This document shows, in pieces, positions 58,659 to 64,000 of a stretch of 64,000 nucleotides of DNA. Within the stretch, counting starts at the first letter, position 1. The number at the start of each line of letters is the position of its first letter. The notes below the pieces were generated by a model. That model had not been told where the DNA came from. It was given only the letters and a program-made list of their open reading frames with translations, and did no database searches. A program made the translations under genes and the position numbers. The stretch comes from Methanocorpusculum sp. (lineage in GTDB: Archaea; Halobacteriota; Methanomicrobia; Methanomicrobiales; Methanocorpusculaceae), in NCBI GenBank assembly GCA_029987245.1, contig DALTWG010000001.1:873-64872 (forward strand). The letters are read 5' to 3'.

Positions 58659-59765
58659 ATGAAATTCACCAAACGTGTTACATCCATAGACATCTCCGGC
58701 ATCAGAAAGATGTTTGAAGGGGCAGGACCCAATGCAATCAATATGGGACTTGGCCAGCCGGATTTCGACACGCCGCAGAATATCAAAGATGCGGCGGTGC
58801 GCGCTCTTGCCGAAGGCAGAACGGGCTATACGAACAATGCGGGCATAGACGAGCTCCGCCTCGCGGTCGCTGACAAGCTCGCCCGCGAAAACGGGCTTGC
58901 ATATGCAAAGGAAAATGTGTTAATAACCGCGGGGGGCTCGGGGGCTTTGCACGCCGCGGTCCAGTGCCTGATTGAAGAAGGCGACAAACTTGTCTTTAAC
59001 AATCCGGGTTTTGTTTCCTATGCAAGTCTTGCAAAACTTGCCGGCGGCGTGCCCGAACCGGTTGCCCTCACACCTGAGCTGCACCTGGATGTGGAGGCTC
59101 TGAAGGAGAAGTTCGCCGACCCGCGCGTGAAGGTGTTTGTGTTAAACAGCCCGGCAAATCCAACCGGCATGGTCGAAAGCCCCCAGACTATCCGGGCGGT
59201 GGTTGAGTCCGCGGCGGACTCTGGCGTTACGGTCATTTCAGACGAGGTGTATGAAAAATTCTGTTACGGCGATACAAAGTTTGTTTCCGCCGCGAAGTTC
59301 GGCGACAATGTGATTACGGTAAATGCGACGAGCAAAACCTATGCAATGACGGGCTGGCGCATCGGGTTTATGGCGGCTGACGCTGAGATTATCGCGCAGG
59401 CAGTAAAGGTCCAGCAGTATGCCCTGGCGTGTCCCACGTCCATCGCGCAGTACGCGGCGCTGGAAGCATACACGGGTCCGCAGGACTCGGTTGCGGCGAT
59501 GAAAAAGGAGTATGAAGCGCGGCGCAACCTGCTGATTTCCGGTCTTCGCAGCCGCGGGATAGAGGCTGCGATGCCCGATGGCGCGTTTTATGCGTTCCCG
59601 AAACTGGATTTGGAGACGACGATGAAGATTGTCGCCGCCGATGTCATCATAACGCCGGGGACTGCCTTTGGCAGTCTCGGCGAGGGCTATGCCCGCATGA
59701 GTTATGCGGCGTCGCAGGAGAATATCCGCGAGGCGCTGAAGAGAATTGCATCCGTTGTAAACTAA
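58659..59765 (+). CDS. Class I/II PLP-dependent aminotransferase (aspartate aminotransferase-like)
   Basis: GQPDFDTP, NSPANPTG, SDEVY, SKTYAMTGWRIG, GAFY. Confidence 0.93.
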   Translation: MKFTKRVTSIDISGIRKMFEGAGPNAINMGLGQPDFDTPQNIKDAAVRALAEGRTGYTNNAGIDELRLAVADKLARENGLAYAKENVLITAGGSGALHAAVQCLIEEGDKLVFNNPGFVSYASLAKLAGGVPEPVALTPELHLDVEALKEKFADPRVKVFVLNSPANPTGMVESPQTIRAVVESAADSGVTVISDEVYEKFCYGDTKFVSAAKFGDNVITVNATSKTYAMTGWRIGFMAADAEIIAQAVKVQQYALACPTSIAQYAALEAYTGPQDSVAAMKKEYEARRNLLISGLRSRGIEAAMPDGAFYAFPKLDLETTMKIVAADVIITPGTAFGSLGEGYARMSYAASQENIREALKRIASVVN

Positions 59766-59775
59766 GGAGAATATC

Positions 59776-60825
59776 ATGGAAATAAAAGAATTAACCGAAT
59801 TACTTGCAAAGCTGTCGAATGCGCACGGCATCTCAGGCTATGAGTCCCGGGTTGCCAAGGTCATTAAAGAGGAGATTGCCGGATACGTTGATGAAATCTC
59901 CACCGACAAAATGGGCAACCTGGTCGCCGTGAAAAAGGGCGATGATTTTACCATTATGCTTGCAGCCCATATGGATGAAATCGGGCTTATGGTGCAGTAT
60001 GTCGATGAAAAGGGGTTCATCCGGTTTGTTGCCGTAGGGGGCTGGTTTAATCCGGTGCTTGTGTCGCAGCGGGTAATTCTGCACGGCGAAAAAGGCGATA
60101 TTCCGGGTGTTTTGGGCATGAAGCCGCCGCATGTCATGTCTGAGGCGGACCGCAAGAAGCCGGTTGAGCTTGCGGATATGTTCATCGATATCGGGGCAAA
60201 GTCGCCGGAAGAGGTGGAAAAACTCGGTATCACGGTCGGAACACCGGTTACCATCGACCGCGAATTCACGCCGCTTGCGGGCACTGCCGTGACGGGCAAG
60301 GCGCTTGACAATCGTGCGGGCTGTGCGATGCTTATCGGCGCGCTGAAGGAGATGAAGACTACGCACACGGTTGTTGCGGTTTTCACGGTGCAGGAAGAGG
60401 TCGGTTTAAAGGGTGCAAAGACGGCGTCGTTCCATGTCAATCCGGACATTGCGATTGCGACGGATGTCACGATTCCGGGCGATTCGCCGGGTATCGAGCG
60501 GCGCAAGGCGCCGGTGTTTATGGGCGAGGGGCCGGTTGTGGTTATGGTTTCCGCATCGGGCCGGGGACATCTGGCGGACCCGCGGATTGTCGAATGGCTG
60601 AAAAAGACCGCCAAAAAGCATGACATTAAGATTCAGATTGAGGTGGGCGACGGCGGAAACACAGATGCTTCGGCAATCAACTTCGAGCGCGGGGGTATCC
60701 CGTCGGTCCCGGTTTCGGTTCCGGCACGCTATATTCACTCCCCGGTTGAGGTTATTGATATGTGCGATTTGCAGGAAGCTGTGCGGCTTCTTGCAAAGGC
60801 GGTCGAAACCAGACCGAAATTATAA
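59776..60825 (+). CDS. M42 family aminopeptidase (TET/FrvX)
   Basis: AAHMDEIG, KALDNRAG, TVQEEVGL, GNTDA, RYIHS. Confidence 0.95.
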   Translation: MEIKELTELLAKLSNAHGISGYESRVAKVIKEEIAGYVDEISTDKMGNLVAVKKGDDFTIMLAAHMDEIGLMVQYVDEKGFIRFVAVGGWFNPVLVSQRVILHGEKGDIPGVLGMKPPHVMSEADRKKPVELADMFIDIGAKSPEEVEKLGITVGTPVTIDREFTPLAGTAVTGKALDNRAGCAMLIGALKEMKTTHTVVAVFTVQEEVGLKGAKTASFHVNPDIAIATDVTIPGDSPGIERRKAPVFMGEGPVVVMVSASGRGHLADPRIVEWLKKTAKKHDIKIQIEVGDGGNTDASAINFERGGIPSVPVSVPARYIHSPVEVIDMCDLQEAVRLLAKAVETRPKL

Positions 60826-61198
60826 TTTTTTCCGCGCGGCAAATTCCCGGCGCATTATGCGAACTACTAATTTTCAAAAATTAGTATGACGAAGGAAAGG
60901 TGGTTTATTTTTGAAACGAAGAATTATTTTAGGCATTCTATTTTTGAACTACTAACGAACTACTAATGCCGCACAACCCGTTTTCGTCCATGGGGTCGGT
61001 GTGGTGTATCAGACGGCGCGCACCGATTTAATGCATCTTTTTGATTTGCACTACCTGCAGGTGCAAAAACGCGGGCGGGCGTTTGTGTATATGCTTGACA
61101 AGGCATGGGATTTCGCTGCGTGAATCTTAGCAAAACCCTAATACGGTGTATCTCCAATCTATTATACCATGCCGCCCGCCCGCACAAAAGAAAACCGC

Positions 61199-62119
61199 AT
61201 GAAAAAGAATGCGGCAACGCTGTCTATCTGCTCCAACACGCTCCTTACGTGTGGAAAGCTTGCGGCAGGTATTTTTTCCGGGTCGGTGAGTATCATTTCC
61301 GAGGCACTGCATTCAGGAATTGACCTTGTCGCATCGCTTATTGCCTTTTTCTCGGTACGCAAATCCTCTCTTCCGCCGGACAGGGACCATGCTTTCGGAC
61401 ATGGCAAATATGAGGATGCATCAGGGATTATCGAGGCCGTTTTAATTGTAGCAGCAGGCGGCATTATTATCTGGGAATCCATTGCGCACCTGCTGTACCC
61501 CGAGTCGCTTGATTTCGGGCATTTGTATATAGGCATGATTGTAATGGGCGTTTCGGCGGCGCTGAACTTTATTGTCTCAACATGCCTGATGCGGGTTGCA
61601 AAACGCACCAGGTCCGTTGCGCTGGAAAGCGATGCCTGGCATCTGCGAACAGATGTTATCACCTCGGCCGGGGTTTTTCTTGGCGTGCTTTGCTTATGGC
61701 TCACGGGTTTTGTCTGGATTGATTCGATTGTCGCTCTCGTCCTTGCGTGTTTCATTATCTACGAGGGTTTTACCCTTATCAGGCGGACGTTTCGGGATTT
61801 AATGGATGCAAGTCTGGGTGAAAAAGACCTTGCAAAAATCGATGAAATAATTTCCCGCCATGCAAATGAATATACGCAGTATCACGGACTCAAAACACGC
61901 CGGGCGGGCCCGGATACGTTTGTCGAGTTTCATATGACAATGCCGTGGAAGTGCACGCTGGTAAATGCCCATGCACTTTCAAAGCATATCGAGGATGAAA
62001 TCAGTTCCGAGGTGGAGCGCTGCACGGTGATAATTCATTTCGAACCGTGCGACGGGCGGTGCGGAAATGAGTGCTGCGATTTTATGTGCAAGAATGAAAT
62101 CTGGGACGGAGAAAAATAG
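61199..62119 (+). CDS. Cation diffusion facilitator family transporter
   Basis: SEALHSGID, PDRDHAFGHGKYE, SDAWHLRTD, C-terminal dimerisation domain and Cys-rich tail. Confidence 0.93.
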   Translation: MKKNAATLSICSNTLLTCGKLAAGIFSGSVSIISEALHSGIDLVASLIAFFSVRKSSLPPDRDHAFGHGKYEDASGIIEAVLIVAAGGIIIWESIAHLLYPESLDFGHLYIGMIVMGVSAALNFIVSTCLMRVAKRTRSVALESDAWHLRTDVITSAGVFLGVLCLWLTGFVWIDSIVALVLACFIIYEGFTLIRRTFRDLMDASLGEKDLAKIDEIISRHANEYTQYHGLKTRRAGPDTFVEFHMTMPWKCTLVNAHALSKHIEDEISSEVERCTVIIHFEPCDGRCGNECCDFMCKNEIWDGEK

Positions 62120-62133
62120 GGGGAAAGGAAAAA

Positions 62134-62457
62134 TCAGTCATGGAGGTGCATACCGGCGCGGCGCACCTCTAATTCCTTTTCCACCAGTGCAAAATCGACA
62201 TTTGCCGCTTTAAGCGCGACCATCAAATGAAACATCAGGTCGGCGGCTTCTTCAACGATCCGCTCCTCAACGCCGTTTTTGCAGGCAAGAATGAACTCCG
62301 TTGCCTCTTCGCCCACCTTTTCCAGTGACTTGTCCATGCCTTTTTCATGGAACAAAAGATGGCGCACATAGGATTTTTCCGTTGATTTGCTTGTTGCACG
62401 CTCGCAGATTACCTGCCATAACTCATCAAAAACTTCTGCTGTCATTTTTTCACTCAT
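62134..62457 (-). CDS. hisE: Phosphoribosyl-ATP pyrophosphatase
   Basis: KSYV, LEKVGEEATE, EAADLMFH. Confidence 0.95.
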   Translation of the reverse strand: MSEKMTAEVFDELWQVICERATSKSTEKSYVRHLLFHEKGMDKSLEKVGEEATEFILACKNGVEERIVEEAADLMFHLMVALKAANVDFALVEKELEVRRAGMHLHD

Positions 62458-62881
62458 CCAGTGTTTTCATATCCTCTAATTCTTTGCCGAAAAAGCGCTT
62501 AATTAACATCCGCGCCTTTTCGATGGTGGCGCCGCCTTTTCCGATTGCAAGACCCATGTTGGATTTGTCGGGTATATACACCGAAACGGTTTCACCGATG
62601 TCGACTTTTACAATCTCGGCCGGCTTGAAACAGTTTTTAATAAACTCTTCAGGGCTTTCATCCCACTCGACCATCTCGATTCTGCGCCCCAGAACCGATG
62701 CAAGCTTTTTGATATTTTCGCCTGATTTACCGATTGCAAGCCCCATTTGTCCTTTCTGTACTACATAGACAATGCGGTCAAAGCGGTCGTCGATGATACA
62801 GTCAACACCCGTGGACTTGGTTACAATTCTAAGCTCTTCAATATAGCGCCGCTCGCGAAATCCGATGCTTCTGTTCATCAT
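62450..62881 (-). CDS. nusA: Archaeal NusA-like KH-domain protein
   Basis: Two KH motifs GLAIGKSG and GLAIGKGG. Start may be 62878, 62881 or 62923. Confidence 0.85.
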   Translation of the reverse strand: MMNRSIGFRERRYIEELRIVTKSTGVDCIIDDRFDRIVYVVQKGQMGLAIGKSGENIKKLASVLGRRIEMVEWDESPEEFIKNCFKPAEIVKVDIGETVSVYIPDKSNMGLAIGKGGATIEKARMLIKRFFGKELEDMKTLDE

Positions 62882-62982
62882 AAGTCGGCTTTCATCATTG
62901 AAATATTCATGTAGATTTTCCATAGTATCCGGAATGTAAGTTATGCGAAATTTGAGGTGCGGGAGGTCCCGCTATTCGTAAT

Positions 62983-64000
62983 TTAGTAGGAACGGCCGAA
63001 TAACGCGGTCTTTCCTTTCTTGCCGCAGATAATACAGGTTCCTTCGTCGTTTTCGACGTATTTGCTGCGGATTTCCGTGCCAAGAAGGGCGGAGTCGGTG
63101 AGTTCCTCAAGTTTATCGGCACATTCGCGGTCGCCGCACCAGTGAACGGCAACGACGTTGCCGTCCAGTTTTTCATTGCATTCTTCAACGGTGGCCGCGG
63201 TCTGGAAGTGCGTCTCAAGATAGTTTTCCGCCTTGTCTAAAATCTGGTCGTGCGCCTCGTCCAGGAGTTTTTTGACCGAATCGGCCGCTCCCTCGCGGGC
63301 GATGGTGGTTTTTACGCCGAGGCGACTGCAGCAGACAAGCTGGTTGTTGTCCAGGTCGCGGGGGCCGAGTTCAACTCTGAGCGGGACGCCATGGAGTTCC
63401 CAGTGATAGTATTTTGCACCCGGACGCATGTCGCGTCTGTCGGTTTTCACGCGCAGTCCGGCGGCTTTTAATTCCGCTTCAAGGGCATCTGCCGCGGCTA
63501 AAATCTCTTCACCGCGTTTGCCGACGATAATCGGGATAATAACCACCTGGGTAGGTGCAATTGTTGCCGGAAGGACAAGTCCTTTGTCATCGCCGTGCAC
63601 GCCGATAACGGCTGCAAGGCAGCGTTCGGAGATGCCGAAGCAGGTCTGGGAGACGTACTGCTGCTCGCCGTTTACGTCTTCGTAGGTGATGTCATAGGTT
63701 TTGGCGAATTTACTGCCTAAGTGGTGCACGGTTCCAATCTGAAGCGTGCGCCCTCCCGGCATTACGGCGTCGATTGCCATGGTAAAGTCTGCGCCGGGGA
63801 ATTTATCCCAGTCGGGGCGTTTGGAGATAATAATCGGCACACCGAGGTCACGGTAGAATTCCTGCGAGAGGGCGAGTTCGTACTCGACCTGTTTGTTTGC
63901 ATCGTCCCAGTCGACATGAACGGTGTGGGATTCCATGAACGAGGTGATTTCGCGACACCGGATTAAGGGGCGGGTGTGTTTGGTTTCGTATCTGAAGGTA
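62983..64000 (-). CDS. proS: Proline--tRNA ligase, archaeal type, 5'-truncated by window edge
   Basis: FRYETKHTRPLIR at the edge, DKFPGA, LQIGTVHHLG, GISER, HGDDKGL, C-terminal Zn motif ...RSY. Confidence 0.96.
   Translation of the reverse strand, partial: TFRYETKHTRPLIRCREITSFMESHTVHVDWDDANKQVEYELALSQEFYRDLGVPIIISKRPDWDKFPGADFTMAIDAVMPGGRTLQIGTVHHLGSKFAKTYDITYEDVNGEQQYVSQTCFGISERCLAAVIGVHGDDKGLVLPATIAPTQVVIIPIIVGKRGEEILAAADALEAELKAAGLRVKTDRRDMRPGAKYYHWELHGVPLRVELGPRDLDNNQLVCCSRLGVKTTIAREGAADSVKKLLDEAHDQILDKAENYLETHFQTAATVEECNEKLDGNVVAVHWCGDRECADKLEELTDSALLGTEIRSKYVENDEGTCIICGKKGKTALFGRSY

Overview
Chromosomal segment of a methanogenic archaeon. Gene content and order point to Methanomicrobiales, most likely a host-associated Methanocorpusculum-like organism (inference). 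Core content: leuS, gatD/gatE, argH, trm1, apgM, hps-rraA, hxlB, feoB, surE, RFAP synthase, nadE, hisE, a NusA paralogue, partial proS and PINA, six tRNA genes (three Arg, Asp, intron-containing Tyr, Thr), a stand-alone nifB, and the MCR-activation cluster atwA-mmp3-6-5-15-17-7. Several bacterial-type single genes are interspersed: rlmH, a CtpE-like P-type ATPase, NERD, DraG-like hydrolase, Schlafen/AlbA_2, GDPD, a membrane GGDEF diguanylate cyclase and a surface Ntn hydrolase. Most striking observations: (1) a 463-bp non-autonomous element at 44763-45225 with perfect 15-bp TIRs and an 8-bp target duplication; (2) a ~47-bp hairpin unit from that element also occurs three times in frame inside a nearby protein-coding gene; (3) an apparently intact GGDEF enzyme in an archaeon; (4) a sawtooth A+C to G+T composition gradient that appears to reset at transcription-unit boundaries. 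No CRISPR array, rRNA or transposase is visible. All product calls come from motif recognition, not database searches.
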